Origin: Orbicella franksi
Taxonomy: Eukaryota
Direction of reading: 5' to 3'
Assembly: GCA_964199315.1 (NCBI GenBank)
Contig: OZ116698.1
Location: 36,704,001 to 36,768,000 of the forward strand
Length of the DNA: 64,000 nucleotides
This document shows positions 48,163 through 58,700 of this stretch, piece by piece. The stretch's first letter is position 1; each line of letters begins with the position of its first letter. A model generated the notes under the pieces. The model did not search any database and was not told where the DNA came from. It saw only the letters and a list, made by a program, of their open reading frames with translations. The position numbers and the translations under genes were made by a program.

Positions 48163-50608
48163 TCATATCACAGAAGTACCGTTCATAGACATTGTGCTCA
48201 CGTTACCATTGGGAAACACCGCTGTCTGCCAATTATTAGGAGAGCTTACAGCAGTCGTGGTAATGACCAGTAATTCATTCAAAGCACTTTCCACCGTGTT
48301 TCCCAAACCGATTGGCGGAAAGAAGAGTCCTTCCACCGTCCCAGGGCGAATCAACCTCAGCGAGGGTAGTCTGAGTAGGAGTTTGCCAAAACGCGTTGGC
48401 TGGTTAGGGTACTGGGTTCGAATATAATCCTCCAATGCACATTGGGTTCGTTCCTGAAGGCCTTCCACATGAGAACAGTTGGCGAGTCCTTGAGAATCTT
48501 AAAAAGATCAAGAGGTAAAGGTAAAGTCTGCATACGAGCCAAGTGGCCCATCAGGGCGGCGCTTGTCAACGGTTTCTGTAGCATGACCTCCTCCCTGGAT
48601 GGGATGCTAGTCCATCGCAGGGTTACCCCCCCCCCCCCCCCGCCGGCATTAAATTTGTCGGTACTCATTTATACACCTCAGTAGAGAGAGAGGCACTGTG
48701 ATAATAAAGTGTCTTGCCCAAGAACACAACACAATGTCCCCGGTCAGGGCTCCAACCCGGACTGCTCGATTCGTAGACGAGCGCGCTAACTATGAGGCCA
48801 ATGCGCTTCCCACGGAAGAGATCAGCAAGGTTATACAATATTAAACAGCCAAATTAAGGAAATAATTTGTCACTTTGCTTAAACATAATTTCACTGATAT
48901 CCACAACCGGTCAAAACCAAACATGTGAATAGTTTTGATTGCTACCTATCGTACCTTGGCGCGCGGTCAACGAAGTGACATTAAGGACGAGCCCAGGACA
49001 CTCTCAATGGTGTCTCTCTCTAAAAGGGAGCATAAATAAAGCGCTCGCGCGTAGTCCTTATCAAAAAAATAAGAAAAATAAGAAACTACTTCCCACCTGG
49101 ATTAAAAAGAATGATGGCCTTGAGACAACAGAACTCAGCAGAGTCTATATGCAGATTCTTGAGCTTTTCAACTTGTTCCTCGAATAATCTGAGATTTTCT
49201 GCTGAATCGAAAGCCATTGATCCATTGCTGTTAACTGCTAATAGATCAGTGCTTGACGGAGGTGTCAGTGCGCTTATGGTCAGTGGTTGCGCCATGTGAA
49301 ACGGCGAACAGTGCTGGGCAGCGTTTAATATGAACAGTTCACTCCAACACGAGCGTAGTAAGATTGACTGGTCAGGTAGTGTAAACTCTGAGAAAAATGG
49401 AATATTCTTCGCCCATTCTGCGATGGAAACCAATAGTCTTGCAGCCAGTTCAGAAGCGCTCTCCAGTCCCGCAATGTTAGCGGGAATCCCGAGGGACTGT
49501 TGGTAACGCGCGATCGTATCGGCGCGGAGTAAAAGTGTGATGTAACTTGAATAGAAGGACTGAGGATTGCGCATGTCCGCTAGACCCATTTGGAGAGAAC
49601 TCGCAGCGTCGGATTGCGTTGTGGAGATGCGACCTTTCTGGACAGCTATTTACAAAAGAAAAACACATTCGATGTAATCGAGAATACCTGACCGGTTAGG
49701 GCTTGGAGGCGAGGCATGGAGGTGGGGATGGGGAGGAGTGGGGCGGGAAGTTTCTCCTTTCCGTTCATTCCTTGTCGCAAGCAGCTATCATTACAACCAC
49801 GCTTCAACAGATATCATTATTCTCAGTGATACAAAAGCAGCTCTTTTCTTGTTTTATACCAGAACAGAGCTAATAGTCTTTACGAGTTGTAGAAGAATAA
49901 CGATTCAAAGAACTTCCCTGAATAGGACACAGAGAATAGATATTCTGGATGTTGTATCATCTTCACTGACACTTTTAATTATTTTTATATCCTTACATAA
50001 GCGAGCGTGGAGGACATCCAATCTTTGAGAAAATGAATGCTAAACTAGAGTCACCTTAAAGCTTTATCATTGCTATATAGTCCCAGGGAACAAACGCTAA
50101 TGAGGCCCAGCTTGTTTCTTAATCGTACTCAACCGAAATTGGAGGAGAAAACTCTCTGACGGACAAGATCTAGCTTCCTTGTTAGTACATACATACCATC
50201 CTTTCTCATGCCAACTTTCATACACTTCTTCAGCCTGCAGTACTGGCAGTGATTTCTGTGTTGGATATCCACCGGACAATTTTTGAACCCCCTGCACGTG
50301 TACGAAAGATTTCGTCGAATGCTTCGTTTGAAGAAACTCTTACAGCCTTCACAAGTAAAAACACCGTAATGCTTTCCAGAAGATTTATCACCGCAAACGA
50401 CGCATTCGACAGACGGTTTCGGCGTTCTTGAGCCTTCGTCGTTTTCCGAACAGTCTTCTGGCGAATAAAACTCATTTTCAAGAAGAACGGGCGAGTCGCT
50501 GCCTGTGTTCCTAAATTGAGAGCAAGAGCTTGGCGGTTGTGGCAAGCCGGCCAAAGCATTTATGTTCACGTCAAGAGCTGATGTCGCCTCATCGGTAAAA
50601 GAGTTCAT
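48163..50608 (-). CDS. NR2F: COUP-TF-like nuclear receptor (NR2F subfamily), 431 aa
   Basis: Exons 50197-50608, 49097-49645, 48163-48497 (1296 nt). C4 zinc-finger [40 protein letters not shown] with the COUP-type CEGCKS P-box. [63 protein letters not shown]. Confidence 0.95.
48514..48810 (-). mobile_element. Full-length tRNA-derived CORE-like SINE in NR2F intron 2
   Basis: Minus strand: A-box tggcctcatagttag, B-box gggttggagccc, core ttcttgggcaagacacttt..cacagtgcctctct resembling the MIR CORE domain, and a (tttacc)n tail. Confidence 0.85.
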
Positions 50609-52920
50609 AATAAACTTGAACTAGGGGTTACAGAACCGCCAACTGGAGGGGTTGATCCCTCACTTAATACAAACATGAATGTCTATTGTTGGACCATAAA
50701 GGGGAATAGCAAGTTAAGAACAAAAGCAATTAGTCACCTTTGTGTAAATTATACAATATTTACGAGGCTACCCGTTATAGCTAACATAGTTAGTGTTCTG
50801 TTGGAAGGTTGAAAACAGCTTTAGCCGTCAGTGTAAAATTAAATTAATATAGACGAAAAGCTCTGCGAACGTATTGGAGAAAATACAATCTATTTTTCAG
50901 AAAATTTGCTTCTTCGTTTTGTTTAGCGTTAGAATACTTTTTCCGAATAAGTACTCGGCTAGAGAACTTCAAATTTGAAAATTTCGATAATCCGACGAGA
51001 AGAAAATGTGTTTCGTCTATCGCCAAAAGCTGAGATACAAAGAAGCTTGCGAAAACTGTACAAAATTTGTTCAGCACACCGTATTCACAGGAGTCAAGAA
51101 GGAAGGTCTCCACTTATTTCAGTAGTCAAGTGAAGTCAAATTTTTAGGACCAAAGGGCAACATTAACTGAAACCCACCGCTCATAACAAAGTTAATAGTA
51201 TTCTTGACATATACTTATTAGTCAACTTCGTAAGACCTTATTGAGATTGATAAAATAACTTGTCAAATCTTTTATATTTTCTCGAATCCGAGGTCAAAAA
51301 GACAACTTTTCTTGTTTACAAAGGAAAAAGGTATCGATGTTTCCCGGCTTTCCATGTAGGTGTACTTGATTCAAGGTAAAAAATACTGGTACCTAAATAT
51401 TTAATGGCTTCTAAACAATTTGTAAGCGGCTGAGGGTAAATTGAGCAAATCTCTGTAGAACAAAAGCTCGTAAAAGAAGTTGACAGATATGTCAGTACTA
51501 TTATCTATAGTAGAAATATTACAACAGCTGTGAAAAGATTTAGTGTAAGTTATGACATAGTTAGTTTCGCTCTCCCACCGGTTATGTTAGAATGGATTGG
51601 TTCTGTTTTGTTCCGTCTTTTTGATTGCACGCGCTGAACCGTGAAAATTTGTAATTTAGAAGAAAGAAGCTGTGTTCATCTATTCATTTGGCGTTCGTCT
51701 AGAGTTACAGTTTTCCAAGGATACAAAGGACATGAAAAAATATATCGTCTAAATCTTTGTCTATGGGAAAGCTTGCACATGAAATACCTAAACCTTAAAT
51801 AAAAAACTAAAATAAAGCCGACCATAAACATAGTGTAGTGAAGTCTAACCCGGCCTATTGAAGCATGTGACTGGATTATAAAAGGTTTCATTGTAGTTTT
51901 GTTTTCAATAAAGGTGTATGTCTTTCTGGTGGCATGCTTGTTTGATTTCTCCTTGTCTTAAGAATTGTTTTAGTCGGGTTATATAATGAATTTTGACTTC
52001 GTCGACTTTGAACAATAGAGTCTACCTAAACATTGACAGAAACAAAGTCGAAATAAACTTCACATGAAAGAACATGGTTCAGTTTGAGAGCAATTGCAAC
52101 TTACTCGAAAGTCTACAACATCAGAAGCTCAGTTTTTTTTTGTCTTGTTTTAGGTTTTTTTCTTTCAAGGGAGCGGGCTGTACTGTGCGGACGCGAGGAA
52201 AATTGAAGAACTACAGAAAAGCCACGAAGCAATGAATAACAATTTTTCAGTACAGAATCACTTTAATTAGTGGAAGATCCTTATGGTGAGATTTAAATCA
52301 TTTTCCTAATGACCCCAGTAGCGGATCGAAAATAGCAGCGGTCTGGTTTTAACAGCAAAATACAAATAAGTTCTTTCTTCCTCCGTACCTGTTTGAGAAT
52401 TATTTTATGCATTTAATCAGCTTCCGTCGATCTCAGGAGAATTTTTTTAACTCGACTCGGTCACCAACTATCTTTATTTTATGATTTTTCAAAATTACTT
52501 GAAAGCCTCATTGTAAAAATGAGCACATGGTGTCTTGTCAAAGAATCGGGTATCGTCGTCATACCCCGGAAGACTAGGTCCGCTGAGCGTGCGCACATAT
52601 CGTGGATAAGTAACTTCACCTACATGTAGTTTTTCACCTACAGATGACGCGACATCTGTAGGTGAAAAACATATGGCTACACAAATAAACAAACAATTTT
52701 GACTCCAAACTTACAAAAGCAATGATAGCGCTTACTCGCGAAAAATTTCATGTTTGCGGTGTTTATTAATAATGCTAAATAGACTTAACATTTTCATTAA
52801 AAGTGTAAGTTTATGGAAATTTTGTTCTTGCACAAAAATTGTACCCGTAATCGAGAGAATATTTTGACTCCTTTCCCGAGTTTTTACGCTAAATTCAACG
52901 GAGTTTGTTCTCTCCTTTTT

Positions 52921-53793
52921 TTAGCACAGTATCTCCTTCAGAGTACTTTTTACCACAGCCCGAACATTCTTTAGCCGCCAAGAAAACAGCAACGGGTTCA
53001 GTGAGGAGTTTATGAAAGCAATTGTCCAGGAAACTTCGAAAGCAAACTTAGCTGCTATAGAAGCATCCATTCCGCCCTGCATACAGAAGTTGATTGCCGT
53101 GATCATGTACGGCACATAACACACAAGACAAACTACATAGACGTAGAAAATGTTAACAAAGGAACGTCTAAAACCAGCTGTTGTGATGTTTTTAGGTGAA
53201 ACGTTTTGAAAAGCGGTTAGTTGATTCCAAACTTGAAGCTGATGGCGTCTGACGACTCGGTAGATTTTGAAATACAGCACAGCGTTTACGAGGAGACACA
53301 GAAATGACGAGGGAGCAGCGATAAGTTCAAAAGAACCTGGCTGCCAAGCACCGAGGGAAGAAGCAATTAAGGAAGGAAAACATATAAGGAGAACGATGTA
53401 GTATCTTACTCTACGTACGGTCACTATTGCATAGTATCTCAAATGAAGGAACACGGCGAGATATCTGTCCACGATCAAACAGGACACGATCATAAATGAT
53501 ACCGCACATAACAGACTGGAGACAAACATGCTTGCTTTACCAAGGAATCCAACCATTGTCGGCGTTTGACTCATGTGCTGGTGAAACTTCCATGCCATGT
53601 AGACCGGCTGTGCAATCAACGCAACACAGAGGTCAGATATCGCCAGGCCGATCAAGAAAACATTTGATGGTGATAACAGAGACGGTGTCCGTGCGAAAGC
53701 CACTAGTATAAGAAAATTTCCAATGGAGGCAACCAAACAGAAGGGAAGGTTGAAAGCTGCATTAATCAGGAAAGGAACAGTAGTAACATTCAT
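52921..53793 (-). CDS. Intronless class A (rhodopsin-like) GPCR, 290 aa, cnidarian orphan type loosely resembling adenosine/melanocortin receptors
   Basis: Seven hydrophobic segments; TM1 GN, TM2 LAISDL, TM3 VDRYLAVFLHLRY, TM6 CYVPY, TM7 NSSLNPLLF; N-glycosylation sequon NVT at the N-terminus. Confidence 0.92.
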   Translation of the reverse strand: MNVTTVPFLINAAFNLPFCLVASIGNFLILVAFARTPSLLSPSNVFLIGLAISDLCVALIAQPVYMAWKFHQHMSQTPTMVGFLGKASMFVSSLLCAVSFMIVSCLIVDRYLAVFLHLRYYAIVTVRRVRYYIVLLICFPSLIASSLGAWQPGSFELIAAPSSFLCLLVNAVLYFKIYRVVRRHQLQVWNQLTAFQNVSPKNITTAGFRRSFVNIFYVYVVCLVCYVPYMITAINFCMQGGMDASIAAKFAFEVSWTIAFINSSLNPLLFSWRLKNVRAVVKSTLKEILC

Positions 53794-55518
53794 TCTGCAT
53801 GGAAATCTCCAGAAGATAATATTAATATATATATCTGGAGTTTTAACCTCTTCGAAATCAAGTCTTCCGCTGTGAACGAAGACAAGAAATAGGTCTACAC
53901 ATCCAAATACAAATAAAATAAGTTATGGTATGAGCAGAGCTTAATAAAACGTGATCGATGCAAATCACAATGCAAGTCGTCAATGGCTCTTTAAATAAGT
54001 CAGATGAAATTTAATTTAACTTGTTTGATTACACTCTATCCCTTTAAACAATAACCGGTTTTTTTGTTTCACTTCCATCTGATTGCCTTTCCACACAATG
54101 CTGGTTATCAAAATTTTGCCCCTTGGAAGAAGTAATGTAGCAATATTGTTTACCTTTCCTGAGTAGTTATCGACTCTGGCCTATTCAAGAAAAAGCAATA
54201 TTCCATAAATTGAATGAATTTTCTTGGTCTTGTCTGTGTGATTCTCATAATTAATTTCTTTCCCTTGGTCTCTCCAGTGAGCCAAAACTAGAAAGTAATA
54301 TTTCAAGAGAAACAACAGACATGTCGACAAAGCTTTTGGAAACAAAAGACATTTTCATTTTTCACTCCAGTTTTAGACTTTCACAGAACTTGATTGTTTG
54401 AAACGAAAACAACGAATATCAAACAGTTTTGTTCTGGGTCGATTTCCATTTCATAGCCCAAGCCCATCTGGTTGAAAAACTTTAAAGTCTGCAATTAAAA
54501 CTATACTGCATGACCTTCAGGGGTGTCTTTCAGAAAATTTTTCCTTCTCGCGTTGCGTTTAACAGAACGATCGAAAAGTATACATCACCGTAAAGCTAAC
54601 ATAATGCAGAGTCAGAAGAAACGATTATATTAAAGATTTAATCACTGGTTAGCGGATGCTAGCCTTCAAACGCGAGACTGACAATGTTTGTTGAACTAAA
54701 TTACCCGCCTTCGAGATCGTACGCACGACCAAAGAAACTGCATCATGTTAATCAGCAATTTACGGACTTCAAATCTGTGTTAAGCTTTTTCGATATTCCC
54801 ACTCGTTGATAAATTTGTTGATATTTGCCGATGTTCGTTACAAGAGACTACAGGGCTAAGAAAAGAGGTATTTGAAATATCAAAAAGGCCTCACACACAC
54901 TGGCGGATTGATAATCAACGAACATTTTGGCCGAGCTTAGTAAAATCCGCCAAAGCTACTTACCCTGTTAATTCGCTTGAAGCCAAGGAATCCACGCAAA
55001 AATAAAGCGCGAGATTTTTTACAAGCCATCGCATCGAGGTTGTCGACACGGTCATGTCGCCAACCAATGAAACACAAGCTGAAAGTCCCAAAGGCATGGT
55101 TCTAATAGAAAATAACCCATTGAAATTGGGGGGAAAATACATTCACTACACAATTATTTGATGATATGAGGTTTTCATTGATATTCAGAATAATGAAAGG
55201 TGAGGTACGTGCTGGCAGACGAAGTCTGAGTGCCGAAGCCTAAGGCTTAGTTGAAACACTAAATGGCGACTTCACTCGTTCTTAAAATTCATCTTTCCTG
55301 GCTCACTTTTTTCCAGCAAGCTTCGTCTTCAAATATTCTTTAATACTTCCTTAGCTACTTTCAAAGCGAGCTGCAGCTTATTTGCTTCAGTATTCCTCCA
55401 TTACCAGACCTACCTCACGATGAAATTTTAGTACTCTACATTTGAAATTTTGGACAGTCTATCGGGCGATTTCTCTTAACAAAACTCAAACTGCCTGATT
55501 CAGCGCTGGTTTGTCAAC

Positions 55519-55663
55519 AGGGCCCAGTTGTTCAAAGAGAGATAACGTTATCCACTGGATAAATTGTTCTCAAGTGGATAAGTCGTGACAAAACCAAGTT
55601 CGCTATCGACTGAAACGACTTATTCTACGGATATTGTTATCTACCATAAAGCAACCTGGACCT
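55519..55663. mobile_element. MITE (CAGGGCCCAGTTGTTCAAA family) about 120 bp upstream of the WH1-gene start codon
   Basis: cagggcccagttgttcaaa left; gcaacctggacctg right; internal tatccactggata/gtggataa repeats. Confidence 0.6.
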
Positions 55664-55785
55664 GATCATTTTATGGAAGCTAATAGCGCGCGCTAGCAGT
55701 ATATCATTTGACGTCAACAAATACATACATCAAAGTAAAGGTCGACGAAAACATTTCGTTGTCGTTTACAGACTCTGGCTTAAAA

Positions 55786-58700
55786 ATGGCCGCAAAAAAG
55801 AAACACGCTCCCTCTGTTCTACTTACAGATAGGGAAAATGACATGATTCGCGAGATATTAGGACAAAAGAAATACGTGAGTATTCAGTAGAGTGCGAAGA
55901 TAGACGAGACCCGCTAGTTACGATTTTACTCGTGCAGTCGTTCTTCACAACGATGAAAAATTTCAACGTTTGTTTATGATAATCAATTCAGTTTCAATGA
56001 AATATGGGAAACTTTGAGGAAAATGAGCTTTATTAGATGTTGTATTAGACACAATTTTTTTTTCCTGCGTTCTCAGGGCAAGATAAAAAACTATAAGTAT
56101 TTTTAAAAACCCGTTCTACACCCGTTCTATAAAACGGACAGAGTTAACGAAACTGCTTTGAAAGAACGGAAGGGAATTACATCTTGAGGCCCGACCCATT
56201 GACGGGGAAAATTTTATCTGCCTGTCTATCCAACATTAGTACAACTCTAGTTACTAACTCTACTAGCGTTCTGACACGAATACCGTTCTTTTATTAGTTA
56301 CGCTATTGACTATCCATTCAGTTTTCGATGGTGACTAACCTTCAGTGTCCGTTTGTTAACAAAATGAAGGCTGCTTTTTGCCTTTTGGAAGTGCCTGTGA
56401 AGACCTGTGACGAAGGTTTAGATGAAATTTTGAACGACTAGTAGATTTATACTAAAGCAATTAGATTGTTTGCTCTCGATTTCTAGGCGTGATCGGTTGA
56501 CGCGATAGAAATCTCGAGTTCATAATCTAATTGTTAACTATAAGTTTCACATCTATTTTTCAGTCATTAGCAACTGGCGTTGTTCAATTGTTTCTTGCTG
56601 TACCAAAGGATCGAACCCGATGGAGTCACATCGTCACAGGCGTGGCATGTCTTGTGAAGGATGCCCTCCTAAAGTCCTACTTCATAAGAGTTGTAGACCT
56701 TTCTGTAAGTATTACTAACAGCTAACTGAAATTTCAATCTTTAAATTCGCAACCAACTGAATAACTGAGATATGCTGTGGAAAGCACTGTAAACATTTAC
56801 TTAAAACTCAAAGGCATTGTATGCTTTCCACTACGATTTAAAAGCTGTTGGTTTTCTGCCGCGGTAGACCGCAAAACAGTCGTATTTTTTGCGAACGCGA
56901 GAGATGGTCAATGTTCGAAAGAAAGGTCTGGAGCGAGTGTAAAAACGGCGAGGGAGAATGGGGAGAGACGCTATGCAGCGGTGTCTGCCAGATCAATCAT
57001 TTGTCTGCCTTTGACACGAGATATTTTCTCAACTTCTAATTAACTTACTGCTCTGTTTGCGGTCATGTATAGTAATTTATCAGTATTGTTTGGTTTTCTT
57101 CCGCCCCTTTTCTATGACTACTTTTAGCTAAAACCAGGAAATGCCTAAATATCCATAAAGCGCAAGTGTTACTTTGTAAACAGTTTTTTGGGGTTCCGGG
57201 TTCACCGTAATAATCTAATAGAGAATTCAGCATGACGTTTACAGCAGACGGTAAACGGCAAAAATTACCTCTATGATTTTGTGTTCTTTTCTTCTAATCC
57301 ATAACTAAATCACACAAAAATAGAAAAATGTCTCCTACTATTCACCACAAATTCAAATATTTTCACTCTACTGTATAGACAGCTGAAGACCGACGGAAAA
57401 AGTTTCATTTTTGCTGTTTGCCGTTTGACGTAACGTCATGCAATTTAGACGTTATATTCTCAGTAATTTCCCCCTGGCGTAAAAGTTCTGCTCTGATCAT
57501 GTGGCTTTACAGCAGAACATATGTCCTCGTGGGTAATAATTTGGTGTATATCGGCGCGAAATTTAATCCTTCTCTTAAAGCCGTAATTCAAAAGCTTTTA
57601 ATGCAAGTATTTCGTTACGAGATCAAACAAAAGTGAAACTTCCTCACTCTTGTTTACACTTGTTTTCTTGCTATTACTGCAATCGAAGCCTTGTTTAGTG
57701 TGGAAAATCATTGAAGGATAGCTTTTTTTTAATAGAATGTACGATCCTTTTGATACATTCATCACAGAAGGGTCATGAAATAGACCTCAGTATCAATAAT
57801 TCAGGAAACATTTAAGGCAAAGTGTGACCGACTTGTTAACAGAACGGATCTCATCTCTATACTATTTTTATTTATAAGCGCGCTTGGAAAATCGCTGTCT
57901 TTGACAACTGAGTATATATTTCCTTCTTCGCCTCAGAGTCAGGAGATTTATTGGGAACAAGAGCTGTACAAACAGTTTAAATACAGAGCAGCTACTCCAA
58001 CCTTCCATACTTTCAACGCTCATGTGAGTCCAACAACTCAATTAGTGTGTTAACACAATATTATAGTTATGTATGTGTACAATATACTGTAGTTATGTCC
58101 AGTTTGAATGTCTTCTTACAACTTATTCAGCACAAATAATTTCTGAAGATATTAGTGGTTTGTGTAAAGATGTACGTTTGTACTCATTTTACTTAATGTA
58201 ATATTTTATGCTCATTCAGTTCATTTACAAATTTTTAAGTTTGTAAATTTTTAAATGTGTTCAAGTTAAATAAGAACTACGGAAAAACAAAAAGCTCAAG
58301 TACACTCTTTTTTCTAATAAGAATATTGTTTTCCCAGCAGAGGCTAAATATTTTTATTTTTCTGCCGATTTTAGGCTGGAAATCTTGTGAATATTCTTAG
58401 ATTATAGCGTATGACATTTCTGTTTTCGAATGTATTTGGTGTCTGGAGTGGATGGTGTTAAAGTTATTTTGGAGCCAGCCTGCAGGCGTTTTAAAAGGCC
58501 TGATATCACGCAGATAACCTCTTGCAGGAATGTTATTAACGTCCAACATACGGCTAGTGCTATTTTTGTTGTTTCTTGGCTTGTTTTGCCGTTTAAAGAA
58601 CCGGAGAACTTTATAAGATTTAGTTAAAAACATTGTATTGCCAAGTTTTCTCAGCAGTACAAAGTACGACGATGTGTTTGAAATTCATATTATATTATGT

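Noticed and set aside
48700-48810. tRNA gene
   Set aside because: The A/B boxes belong to the SINE head; no cloverleaf, and it continues into the SINE body.
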